From NCBI GenBank assembly GCA_036560265.1, contig DATBRO010000268.1, positions 8,508 through 72,507 on the forward strand: a stretch of DNA of 64,000 bases, in the 5' to 3' direction. Source of the stretch: Gemmatimonadaceae bacterium (GTDB lineage: Bacteria; Gemmatimonadota; Gemmatimonadetes; Gemmatimonadales; Gemmatimonadaceae). Shown piece by piece: positions 18,838 to 27,862 of this stretch. The notes under the pieces were generated by a model. The model made no database searches and was not told the origin of the DNA. It saw only the letters and a program-made list of their open reading frames with translations. The position numbers and the translations under genes are program-made. The stretch's first letter is position 1. Every line of letters starts with the position of its first letter.

Positions 18838-19902
18838 CTACTTCACCCTTTCGAGCTTGGGATTCTCGCGCTGCTGACGACCGGCTCGCGCCTGAGGCTT
18901 GCCGTCGACGGCGACGACGTCCGTGGTGAAATCGAAAGTCCCCCTATAGGCCGCCGCTCCGATTCCGTACGCGTCGACCGGAGCCTTCTCGTCCTCGAAC
19001 TCCTGCACTTTCTCGACGTCGAAGCCGCCGGACACCACGATATGCACGTCCCCGAATCCCTCGCTGTCGAGCGCATTTCGCACGTTCCACACGAGTTGCG
19101 GGTTCACCCCCGTCGGCCGGAAATGGCCGAGCTGCGACAGCAGCGAGCGGTCCACCATGTGCTCGGACGTATCGAGCCGGACGCCCCAGAGCCGGTCCCC
19201 GAGAGCGCGAGCGACTTCCACGGACGTGCGCGCGACGTCGTTCTCGTAGTCGACGAGCGCCAGAAGTTGGACGTCCTCGTCGAGCTGTTTTGCGAGCTGC
19301 TTCGTGGCCGCGACGGTATCGCCGCCGAATGCGGCGATGAGCGCGTGCGGAATGGTCCCGGACACTTTGCCACTCCAGAGCGCTCCCTGCGCGGCTGTGG
19401 AGACCTCTTTGGCGCCCGCGATCATAGCCGCGAACCCGTCACCCGGCTGCATGAGAAAGTGTCCGTCCCGCGCTCCGAGGAACAACACCGGCTTTGGGCG
19501 CGCCGTGTCGACGAGCTCGCGGACGTTGGTGCACACACGCGTGCGATGTCCGAGCACGCCGAGGTACAGCGTCTCGAGATGCGCGAACGCGGCGTACTCC
19601 CCTTCGATCGTCATGACGGTGTCCCACGCGTCGACGAGATCGCCTTCGTACAGGGCGTTCACCGTGAGGCTGCTCCAATCTTCGACGCCGCTTTTGAGAA
19701 TCGCGATGGACTCGTCGATCCCCGAGAGCCAGCCGTCCTGCTTCGCGGTGACTTGTAGCAGAACCCGTGGATTCTTCTTCGCGCCCCGCAACACTCGCTG
19801 GACGAGAGCCGCGTAGCGATCGGAGTATTCGCCTGCCCTGATCTGATCCGCGGGAAGCCGGAAGACCGACGGATCCAACCGCTTGCGACGACGCGGGCTC
19901 AT
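18838..19902 (-). CDS. Nicotinate/quinolinate phosphoribosyltransferase-family protein (short NAPRT-like)
   Basis: C-terminal TIM-barrel-like pattern (VRLDTSE...IVVSGGF...DAYGIG). The ATG at 19900-19902 overlaps the aspartase stop (ATGA). The track ORF extension to 20448 is an out-of-frame overlap with the aspartase gene. Confidence 0.65.
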   Translation of the reverse strand: MSPRRRKRLDPSVFRLPADQIRAGEYSDRYAALVQRVLRGAKKNPRVLLQVTAKQDGWLSGIDESIAILKSGVEDWSSLTVNALYEGDLVDAWDTVMTIEGEYAAFAHLETLYLGVLGHRTRVCTNVRELVDTARPKPVLFLGARDGHFLMQPGDGFAAMIAGAKEVSTAAQGALWSGKVSGTIPHALIAAFGGDTVAATKQLAKQLDEDVQLLALVDYENDVARTSVEVARALGDRLWGVRLDTSEHMVDRSLLSQLGHFRPTGVNPQLVWNVRNALDSEGFGDVHIVVSGGFDVEKVQEFEDEKAPVDAYGIGAAAYRGTFDFTTDVVAVDGKPQARAGRQQRENPKLERVK

Positions 19903-21764
19903 TGCCGGTTTTCGCCCGTCATCGCGTCCGGATTGAGCAGGCGGTCGAGCGCCTCGCGCGAGAGAATACCGCGCTCGAGCACGAGCTCGTAGACGCCCCG
20001 GCCGCTCTCCAGCGCCTCCTTCGCGATGACGGTAGCGCTCTCGTATCCGATCGCCGGCACCAGCGCGGTCACGATGCCGATGGACTGTTCGACGAACTGA
20101 CGCATGCGCGCGGGGTTCGGCGTGATCCCTTCGATGCACCGCTGCCGAAGCACGACGCAGCCGCGGCACAGCGTGTCGATGCTTCGCAACAGGCGATACG
20201 CGATGACCGGCTCGAACACGTTGAGCTGGAGCTGACCGGCTTCCGCCGCGAGCGTCACGGTCACATCGCCGCCGATCACGTCGAAGCACACCTGATTCAC
20301 CACTTCGGGGATCACCGGATTTACCTTGCCGGGCATGATCGAGGATCCGGGTTGCATGGGCGGCAGATTGATCTCGCCGAAACCGGCGCGCGGGCCCGAG
20401 CTGAGCAACCGGAGATCGTTGCAGATCTTCGAGAGTTTCACGGCGCACCGTTTCAATACGCCCGACAGCTGCACGAAAGCGCCCGTGTCCGCGGTCGCTT
20501 CTACGAGATCGGGCGCGGTGATCAGCACGAGACCGGTGAGGCGCGACAGATGCGAGCGGACGCGCTCCGCGTAGCCCACGGGAGCATTGATTCCCGTGCC
20601 GATCGCCGTCGCGCCCATGTTGATTTCGCGAATCAACGCCTGTGCTTCGGCGAGACGCTCCACGTCCTCGAGGATCGTGTGTCCGAACGCGGTGAACTCC
20701 TGCCCGAGCGTCATCGGCACGGCGTCCTGCAGCTGCGTGCGCCCCATCTTGATGTGCGGCGCGAATTCCTCGCCCTTGTGCAGGAACGCCGCGGCCAGCG
20801 CCGACATCGCCGTCCGCAACGACTCGATGCTGACGTGCAGCGCGATCTTCACCGCGGTCGGATACACGTCGTTCGTCGACTGACTGAGATTGACGTGGTT
20901 GTTGGGATGCACCGACTGGTACTCGCCGCGCGGACGCCCCATGAGCTCGAGCGCGCGATTCGCGATCACTTCGTTGGCATTCATGTTCGTGGACGTGCCG
21001 GCGCCGCCTTGAAGCGCGTCCACGAGGAAGTGCTCGTGATGCCGTCCCGCGCGGATCTCCTCGCTGGCCCGCACGATCGTGTCGGCGATGGTTCGATCGA
21101 GCAGGCCGAGCTCCGCGTTCGCAAGCGCCGCGGCGGCCTTCACGGCCGCGAGCGCTTCGACCAGCGAAGGAAACTCCCGAATCGCCACGCCGGTAATGGG
21201 GAAGTTCTCGAGCGCGCGCAGCGTCTGTATGCCGTACAGCGCGTCGTCGGGCACGTCACGCTCGCCGAGAAGGTCCTTCTCGCGCCTGGTGCGCGAACCC
21301 GTAAAACCCACGGTGCGGCCGCGTCCGACGAGCGTCGCATCCGTCGCGGCGAGGCGCTGCGAGATCGCGCGAGCAGCGCGTCCGACCAACGCGGCGTACA
21401 GTTGCGGGTGGTCCTTGATCATCCCACCGAGTTGATCGGCCGTGAGCAGAAATGCGTCGGTGCGCTGAAGTGCCCGCGCACTCGTCCCATGCGCCGAATC
21501 GTCGAGGAGCACGCCTTCGCCGACGGCCTCACCGGCGCCGAGTGTCACGAGCCGCACTGGTCGGCTGTTCACGCTCTTTTCGATCGCGACGGCACCCGAC
21601 GTCAGAATGGCCATGAATCGACGCGGCGCGCCCTCTTGAAAGAGGATGTCGTCCGTCTCGAACGTCTTGGCCTGGACGAGCTTCGCCAGTTGATGAAGCA
21701 ACGTCTCCGTCACGCCTTCCAGAAAGTGCGCCTGCCGGAGTTGGTCGCGTATCGTGGCTGACAT
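19899..21764 (-). CDS. aspA: Cyclic-nucleotide-binding-like (CAP effector) domain fused to aspartate ammonia-lyase
   Basis: About 150 N-terminal residues have a CAP_ED pattern (FLEGVTETLLHQLA...FQEGAP...GEAVGEGVLL). A class-II lyase follows, with GSSIMPGKVNPVIPEVVNQVCFDVIGGD, which matches AspA rather than FumC by eye. ATG at 21762-21764. Confidence 0.85.
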   Translation of the reverse strand: MSATIRDQLRQAHFLEGVTETLLHQLAKLVQAKTFETDDILFQEGAPRRFMAILTSGAVAIEKSVNSRPVRLVTLGAGEAVGEGVLLDDSAHGTSARALQRTDAFLLTADQLGGMIKDHPQLYAALVGRAARAISQRLAATDATLVGRGRTVGFTGSRTRREKDLLGERDVPDDALYGIQTLRALENFPITGVAIREFPSLVEALAAVKAAAALANAELGLLDRTIADTIVRASEEIRAGRHHEHFLVDALQGGAGTSTNMNANEVIANRALELMGRPRGEYQSVHPNNHVNLSQSTNDVYPTAVKIALHVSIESLRTAMSALAAAFLHKGEEFAPHIKMGRTQLQDAVPMTLGQEFTAFGHTILEDVERLAEAQALIREINMGATAIGTGINAPVGYAERVRSHLSRLTGLVLITAPDLVEATADTGAFVQLSGVLKRCAVKLSKICNDLRLLSSGPRAGFGEINLPPMQPGSSIMPGKVNPVIPEVVNQVCFDVIGGDVTVTLAAEAGQLQLNVFEPVIAYRLLRSIDTLCRGCVVLRQRCIEGITPNPARMRQFVEQSIGIVTALVPAIGYESATVIAKEALESGRGVYELVLERGILSREALDRLLNPDAMTGENRQ

Positions 21765-21889
21765 GCGCCGCAAGGTATCAATAGCCGGCGGCCACAGGGA
21801 GGGAGCCGACTTGGAAGCGCGTTCGGCAGACTTGCTCGCTGCCCATTGCCCGCGTATCTCACACCCGTACCCCGAAAGAGGAGTGCATT

Positions 21890-23101
21890 GTGTCACCGAC
21901 CCGTCGCGACTTTCTCGGCGCCGGCGCGGCAGCAGCCGCCGGTTTGGCCCTGCCGACTCTGGCGAACGCGCTTCCTACGATCGTCGTTCGCGATCGGTCG
22001 GCGCCGCGGAAGCCCTTTGCGGGCAAGCCGATAGTGATCTCATCGGCCAACGGATTCCGCAGCAAACACGCCGACGGCAGACCGGCGATCCAGGTCGCAT
22101 ACGACCTGTTGACGAAGGGTGCCGATCCGCTCGACGCAGCGGTGGCCGGCGTCCAGATCGTGGAGCTGGATCCAACCGATCAGTCTGTGGGCCTTGGGGG
22201 CCTTCCGAATGAAGACGGGGTCGTCCAGCTCGACGCGAGCTGCATGCACGGCCCGTCGAAGCGCGCGGGCGCGATCGGATGCCTCGAGGACATCGCCACT
22301 CCGGCCGCTGTCGCGAAGGCGGTCATGGACCACACCGATCATATCTTCCTCGTCGGCGCCGGCGCGAAAAAGTTCGCGCTCGAGATGGGATTCAAAGAGC
22401 AGAATCTGCTGACCGAAGAAAGCCGGCAGGAATGGCTGCGCTGGAAGTCGCGCCTGAATCCGAACGACAACTGGCTCGATCTTCCCAAGGTACAACCCAG
22501 GCCGATACCGAACGCGCCGAGGCCGACGCCAAGCTCTCCACCGGGACTGGGCGATGACCAGCTGCTCCACGTCTACTACGACGAGCACTGCGTCCCGCAC
22601 ACGTACGGAACGATCAACATGGATGCGGTCGACGCGAACGGCGACATCGCATCCGTGACGACGACGAGCGGTCTCTCGTGGAAGCTGCCGGGGCGCGTCG
22701 GCGACTCTCCGATCATCGGCGCCGGTCAGTACTGCGACAACGACGTCGGAGCGGCGGGATCGACAGGCCGTGGCGAAGCCAACATCAAGGTGTGCGGAGC
22801 ATTCCTCGCCGTGGAATTCATGCGCCAGGGCATGTCGCCGGAGCAAGCGCTCATCAAGGTGATGGAACGCGTCATCGCCATGACCGAGCGCCGGCTGCTC
22901 GACGAGAACGGCCACCCGTATTTCGATCTCAACTATTACGCCGTGAACAAGAAGGGCGAGTACGCTGGTGCGTCGGCGTACGAAGGCGCGCGCTTCGCTG
23001 TTTGCGATGCGAAGGGCGCACGCGTCGAGAACTGCGCTTTTCTCTTCAAGGGACGCGTACCGACCAAGACTGCGCCCGACGCGGCGTACGTGAAGCCGTG
23101 A
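21890..23101 (+). CDS. Tat-exported N4-(beta-N-acetylglucosaminyl)-L-asparaginase / isoaspartyl peptidase (Ntn hydrolase, asparaginase-2 family)
   Basis: Twin-arginine signal SPTRRDFLGAGAAAAAGLALP. Autoprocessing and active-site region HTYGTINMDAVD...TTTSGLSWKLPGRVGDSPIIGAG. GTG at 21890 with AGAGGAG upstream. Confidence 0.8.
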   Translation: MSPTRRDFLGAGAAAAAGLALPTLANALPTIVVRDRSAPRKPFAGKPIVISSANGFRSKHADGRPAIQVAYDLLTKGADPLDAAVAGVQIVELDPTDQSVGLGGLPNEDGVVQLDASCMHGPSKRAGAIGCLEDIATPAAVAKAVMDHTDHIFLVGAGAKKFALEMGFKEQNLLTEESRQEWLRWKSRLNPNDNWLDLPKVQPRPIPNAPRPTPSSPPGLGDDQLLHVYYDEHCVPHTYGTINMDAVDANGDIASVTTTSGLSWKLPGRVGDSPIIGAGQYCDNDVGAAGSTGRGEANIKVCGAFLAVEFMRQGMSPEQALIKVMERVIAMTERRLLDENGHPYFDLNYYAVNKKGEYAGASAYEGARFAVCDAKGARVENCAFLFKGRVPTKTAPDAAYVKP

Positions 23102-23111
23102 TCCCGTCGTA

Positions 23112-24179
23112 GTGAGGGATTACTCGTCCCTCCGCGCGAGGTTGCTCGCCGCCGCGTTATTGGTGGCAAGCACGTTCGCGGTTGCCGTGATCGGCTACCG
23201 CCTCATCGGCGGCGATCAAGCCACGTGGATGCAGGCCGCCTACATGGCTGCGAACGCGCTCACGACCACCGGATTCCGGGAAGCGATCGACGTCTCGCAC
23301 AGCGCGGGCGGTCAGGCGTTCACGGTCGTGTTGATGATCTTCGGGGCGGGCGTGCTGGTGTACTCCACGTCCATCATTACCGCGTTCGTAGTTGAAGGAG
23401 ATCTCACCGAGGGATTCAGGAGGCGCCGGATGCGGCGACTAATTGACGCAATGTCGGGCCACTACATTGTCTGCGGCGCGGGCGCGACCGGCTGGGCCGT
23501 CGTCCGCGAGCTGGTGAACACGGAGCGCCCCGTCGTCGTGATCGATCAGGATGCGGAGCGGATCCGTCGCATCGAAGTGGAGTTCCCGAGCGTTCCGGTC
23601 GTGATCCACGACTTCACCGACGACCAGGCGCTGCTCCAGGCCGGGATCAATCGCGCGTCCGGCATCGTGATCTGCACGACGGCCGACAAAGACCTGCTGG
23701 TCACTACCATCACGGCGCGGCAATTGAATCCCAACCTGCGCATCGTGGCGCGAGCGGCCAACGATCGCGTCGCGACGCGCCTGCGACAGGCGGGCGCCGA
23801 TGCGGTCGTATCTCCCGCGCTCATCGGCGGCATGCGCATGGCGAGCGAGCTCATTCGTCCGGGCGTCGTCAGCTTCCTCGACACGATGTTGCGCGACAAG
23901 AACCGGAACTTGCGCGTCGAAGAAGTGCCCGTCCCTCCCACCTCGCCCTTCGTCGGTCGGACGCTGGGCGAGCTGAACACGCACTCCCGCACCAACTGCC
24001 TGCTGCTCGCGACGCGCTCGGCCGATGACAACTACATCTATAACCCGCCTGACGACGAGCGGCTCGAACCGGGCATGTTGTTGATCGTCATGGGCGATCC
24101 GCGGGACGTCCGCGCGCTCAGCGCGGTATGCGAAGGCTCGTCCGTGTCAGTCGCCACGTCGGCATCGGCTCCGGTGTGA
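23112..24179 (+). CDS. Two-TM ion channel with RCK (TrkA-N/TrkA-C) domains
   Basis: TM1 - pore-helix-like segment - TM2, then the YIVCGAGATGWAVVREL Rossmann motif and a C-terminal TrkA-C-like segment. GTG start at 23112. Confidence 0.7.
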   Translation: MRDYSSLRARLLAAALLVASTFAVAVIGYRLIGGDQATWMQAAYMAANALTTTGFREAIDVSHSAGGQAFTVVLMIFGAGVLVYSTSIITAFVVEGDLTEGFRRRRMRRLIDAMSGHYIVCGAGATGWAVVRELVNTERPVVVIDQDAERIRRIEVEFPSVPVVIHDFTDDQALLQAGINRASGIVICTTADKDLLVTTITARQLNPNLRIVARAANDRVATRLRQAGADAVVSPALIGGMRMASELIRPGVVSFLDTMLRDKNRNLRVEEVPVPPTSPFVGRTLGELNTHSRTNCLLLATRSADDNYIYNPPDDERLEPGMLLIVMGDPRDVRALSAVCEGSSVSVATSASAPV

Positions 24180-25261
24180 TCGACGCCGGTCGGTTCTTCG
24201 TTCCCGGCCCGACCGAAGTGCGGCCGGAGATTCTCGAGGCGATGCGACGCCCCATGATCTTTCATCGCAGTCGCGAGATGGAAGATCTGATGCGCCGCGT
24301 GAACACTCGGCTCCGGCCCATCTTCGGCACACGCCGGCCGGTGCACATCCTCACGGCGTCCGGAACCGGAGCGATGGAGCTCGCCATTCGCGGCGGCACC
24401 GTTCGCCGCGTGCTCTCGATCGTGCACGGCGACTTCGGCGAGCGCTTCGCGCGGATGGCGGAGGCTTGTGGCCGAAGCGTCGTGCGGCTCAAGGCTCAAC
24501 CAGGAGACGTCGTGGCGCTCGACGCCGTACATGACGCGCTGCGCGGTGGCGACTTCGATACGGTCACGGCCACTCACAGCGAGACCGCCACGGGAGTGCT
24601 GGCGGACATTGCCGGAATCGCGAATCTCGTACGGGAACACTCCGGCGCGCTGCTGCTCGTCGACGCCGTATCGAGCGCAGGTGCCACGCCATTCTCGATG
24701 GATGCGTGGGGAGTCGACGCCGTCGTCTCTGCGTCGCAAAAAGCGCTGGCGCTGCCGCCAGGGCTCGCCTTCGCGGCCGTGTCCGACCAGTTCGTGGACC
24801 GCGCGAAATCGCTCAAGGATCGCGGGGTCTACCTCGACGTGATTCGCTACGAGGAGTTCGCGGCGAAATCACAGAGCCCGACGACGCCCGCGATTTCTCT
24901 CCTATTCGCGCTCGACCGGCAGCTCGCCGACATCGAGCTGGAAACGCTGGAATCGCGTTACGCGCGCCACGCGGCGATGTCGGCGGCCTGCGCGGCCTGG
25001 GTGTCGCACGCCGAATCCGCGGCGCTCGGCGTCTCGCTGCTCGTGCGCGCGGCGCATCGCTCGCCCTCCGTGACCTGCATTCGGATCGACGGAACGAACG
25101 TGGAGTTGCTGCGACGCATGCGCGAGCAAGGATACGAGTTGGGCGGCGGCCAGGCCGAGTTGGCAAAGACGACCTTTCGCATCGGCCACATGGGCGACCA
25201 CACCGTGGCCGGACTCGAGGCGATGCTCGAGGTCTTGGAGAGAGTGCTGAGAGCCCTGTAG
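24176..25261 (+). CDS. Class V aminotransferase (serine-pyruvate / alanine-glyoxylate type)
   Basis: FVPGPTEVRPEILEAM N-terminus and SASQKALALPPGL (PLP lysine). The GTG at 24176 overlaps the channel gene stop (GTGA). The earlier track start at 24128 lies inside the channel gene. Confidence 0.75.
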   Translation: MIDAGRFFVPGPTEVRPEILEAMRRPMIFHRSREMEDLMRRVNTRLRPIFGTRRPVHILTASGTGAMELAIRGGTVRRVLSIVHGDFGERFARMAEACGRSVVRLKAQPGDVVALDAVHDALRGGDFDTVTATHSETATGVLADIAGIANLVREHSGALLLVDAVSSAGATPFSMDAWGVDAVVSASQKALALPPGLAFAAVSDQFVDRAKSLKDRGVYLDVIRYEEFAAKSQSPTTPAISLLFALDRQLADIELETLESRYARHAAMSAACAAWVSHAESAALGVSLLVRAAHRSPSVTCIRIDGTNVELLRRMREQGYELGGGQAELAKTTFRIGHMGDHTVAGLEAMLEVLERVLRAL

Positions 25262-25354
25262 AGGGGAACAGGGAAGAGGGGCGGGGACAGGCCGAACTGT
25301 CCTTGTTCCCTCTCCCAATTCCCTGTAGCGCACCGCGCCCTACATTCCGTTTCA

Positions 25355-27862
25355 ATGACGGAATCCGCTCACACGGCTCTGGACCTTTACGATGCCGCCG
25401 CCATCGAACGCAAATGGCAGGCGCGCTGGGAACGCGACGGAACGAATCACACCGACGTGGATGCCGGCGTGCGTCCGTACTACACGCTCATGATGTTCCC
25501 GTATCCGTCCGCGGAAGGGCTGCACGTCGGCAATCTGTTCGCCTTCACCGGGAACGACATTCACGGACGCTACCAGCGTCAACACGGCCACACCGTGTTC
25601 GAGCCGATGGGATACGACGCGTTCGGCATCCACTCGGAGAACTACGCGCTGAAGGTCGGCGTGAATCCCATGGAGCTGATTCCGCGGAACATCGACAACT
25701 TCCGGCGCCAGCTGAAGCGCGCCGGACTGATGATCGACTGGCGGTACGAGCTCTCCACGACGGACCCACGCTACTACAAGTGGACGCAGTGGCTGATTCT
25801 TCAGCTCTACAAGCGCGGACTCGCGTACAAGAAGCGCGCGGCGGTCAACTGGTGTCCCAACGACAAGACGGTGCTGGCGAACGAGCAGGTGATCAACGGC
25901 GTGTGCGAACGCTGCGGCGCCAAAGTCGAGCAGCGGTTGCTCGAGCAATGGTTCTTCCGCATCACCGACTACGCCGGCCGTCTGCTGGAAAACCTCGATC
26001 ATCTCGATTGGTCCGAAAGCACGAAATCCGCGCAGCGCAACTGGATCGGCCGCTCGGAGGGCGCGGAGATCGTTTTTCGCCTCCACGACTACCTGGAATT
26101 CGCGGGCGCGGCGACGGTGATGCGCACGAGCACGAGCGAGATGAGCGCATTGCCGCCGACCGACATTCGCGTCTTCACGACCCGGCCCGACACGGTTTTC
26201 GGCGCCACGTACCTCGTCCTCGCACCGGAGCATCCGCTCGTCGAGCGAATCACGACGGACGAGGAGCGAACGAGCGTCGATGACTATCGCGCGCGAACTG
26301 CGCGCCAGGACCTCGTCGCGCGCAAGGTGACGAAAGAAAAGACCGGCGTCTTTACCGGCGCCTATGCGATGAATCCCGCGAACGGCCAGCCGATACCGAT
26401 CTGGATCGCGGACTATGTCCTGATGGAATACGGCACGGGCGCGATCATGGCCGTTCCCGGGCACGACGAGCGCGACTTCGAGTTCGCGAAGACGTTCGGG
26501 CTTCCCATCGTGCGCGTCGTAGCCGGCCCGCGTGAAAACGAGCGCACGCCCCTGACCGGGGCGTACACGGACTCGGAAGATCCGGCACAGCTCGTGAATT
26601 CCGGCCGGTTCAACGGCCTCGTCGTCTCCAAGGCGAAAGCGGCGATCGTCGAGTGGCTGGCAGAGCACGATCGCGGACGTGCCGTAGTGAACTACCGCCT
26701 GCACGACTGGTGCATCTCCCGGCAACGCTACTGGGGACCGCCGATTCCGTTCATCTACTGCGACAAATGCGGAGTCGTTCCGGTACCGGAATCCGATCTG
26801 CCGGTGAAGCTGCCGATAGTCGAGGATTTCCAGCCCGACGACTCCGGCATTTCCCCGCTCGCGCGCGTCGAGAGCTGGTATCGGGTGAAGTGCCCGTCGT
26901 GCGGCGGGCAGGGCCGCCGTGAGACCGACGTCTCGGACACCTTCCTCGACAGCTCGTGGTATTACCTGCGTTATCCCAGCGCGGGCCGCGACGACGTCGC
27001 GTTCGATCCGGTCCTCACCGACAAGTGGCTGCCCGTCGATTCGTACATCGGCGGGAACGAGCACGCCGTGCTGCATCTGCTCTACTCCCGATTCGTGACG
27101 ATGGTGCTGCACGACGCCGGCATGCTGCCGTTCGACGAGCCGTTCGTGAAATTCCGCGCGCACGGGACGATCGTGCGCGACGGCGCAAAGATGTCGAAGA
27201 GCCGCGGCAACGTCGTCAATCCGGACGAGTACATCGAGGAGTGGGGCGCGGACGCGTTCCGCACGTATCTCATGTTCCTCGGCCCGTACGAAGAGGGCGG
27301 CGACTTTCAGGACCGCGGCATCTCGGGGGTGAGGCGGTTCCTCGACCGCCTTTGGGTGTCCGCGCTCGAGGCGCAGCGCTCCGGCGCTGCCGACGTCGCC
27401 GTGCTGCGCAAGCTGCACAAGACAATTCGAAAAGTGACGGAGGACATTCCGAAGCTGAGCTACAACACGGCGATCGCGGCGATGATGGAGTACATGAATG
27501 TCCTCCGGGCAGGCGAGCGCACGCCGCACGTTGCTGAAACGGAGCCACTGATACAGCTCGTGGCTCCGTTCGCGCCGCACGTCGCGGAGGAGCTATGGGA
27601 GCGCTTCGGGCACAAGCGCACGATCTTCGACTGCGGCTGGCCGTCGTTCGATCCGGAGCTGGCCGCCGACGAGCTGGTCACCATGGCCGTACAAGTGAAT
27701 GGAAAAACCCGCGGCACGATTCAGGTCGCGCCCGAAGCGACCCAGGAAGACGCGCTCGCCGCGGCCATGGCCGAGCTTGCGATCGCTCGATTCGTGACCG
27801 CCGACCCGGCGCGGGTGATCTTCGTGAAGGGGCGCCTGCTGAATATCGTCGTGAAAGACTAG
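25355..27862 (+). CDS. leuS: Leucine--tRNA ligase
   Basis: 835 aa with a HIGH-type motif (PYPSAEGLHVGN) and KMSKS present. Confidence 0.95.
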   Translation: MTESAHTALDLYDAAAIERKWQARWERDGTNHTDVDAGVRPYYTLMMFPYPSAEGLHVGNLFAFTGNDIHGRYQRQHGHTVFEPMGYDAFGIHSENYALKVGVNPMELIPRNIDNFRRQLKRAGLMIDWRYELSTTDPRYYKWTQWLILQLYKRGLAYKKRAAVNWCPNDKTVLANEQVINGVCERCGAKVEQRLLEQWFFRITDYAGRLLENLDHLDWSESTKSAQRNWIGRSEGAEIVFRLHDYLEFAGAATVMRTSTSEMSALPPTDIRVFTTRPDTVFGATYLVLAPEHPLVERITTDEERTSVDDYRARTARQDLVARKVTKEKTGVFTGAYAMNPANGQPIPIWIADYVLMEYGTGAIMAVPGHDERDFEFAKTFGLPIVRVVAGPRENERTPLTGAYTDSEDPAQLVNSGRFNGLVVSKAKAAIVEWLAEHDRGRAVVNYRLHDWCISRQRYWGPPIPFIYCDKCGVVPVPESDLPVKLPIVEDFQPDDSGISPLARVESWYRVKCPSCGGQGRRETDVSDTFLDSSWYYLRYPSAGRDDVAFDPVLTDKWLPVDSYIGGNEHAVLHLLYSRFVTMVLHDAGMLPFDEPFVKFRAHGTIVRDGAKMSKSRGNVVNPDEYIEEWGADAFRTYLMFLGPYEEGGDFQDRGISGVRRFLDRLWVSALEAQRSGAADVAVLRKLHKTIRKVTEDIPKLSYNTAIAAMMEYMNVLRAGERTPHVAETEPLIQLVAPFAPHVAEELWERFGHKRTIFDCGWPSFDPELAADELVTMAVQVNGKTRGTIQVAPEATQEDALAAAMAELAIARFVTADPARVIFVKGRLLNIVVKD

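Noticed and set aside
18838-20448. N-terminal extensions of track ORFs (18838-20448, 41869-43494, 43989-44771, 44689-45564, 57966-58841, 32666-34756, 8450-9025).
   Set aside because: The extensions overlap the upstream gene or cross terminators and repeat elements, and they translate to low-complexity sequence. Internal ATG/GTG codons with SD sequences, stop/start overlaps or signal peptides give proteins of normal family length.
25262-25320. Purine-rich imperfect hairpin (gaggggaacagggaag...ctgtccttgttccctctc) after the aminotransferase gene, and a similar one at 44641-44700.
   Set aside because: These are probably terminator-like members of the same loose repeat family. The pairing is imperfect and register-ambiguous, so I did not assign them as discrete features or separate findings.
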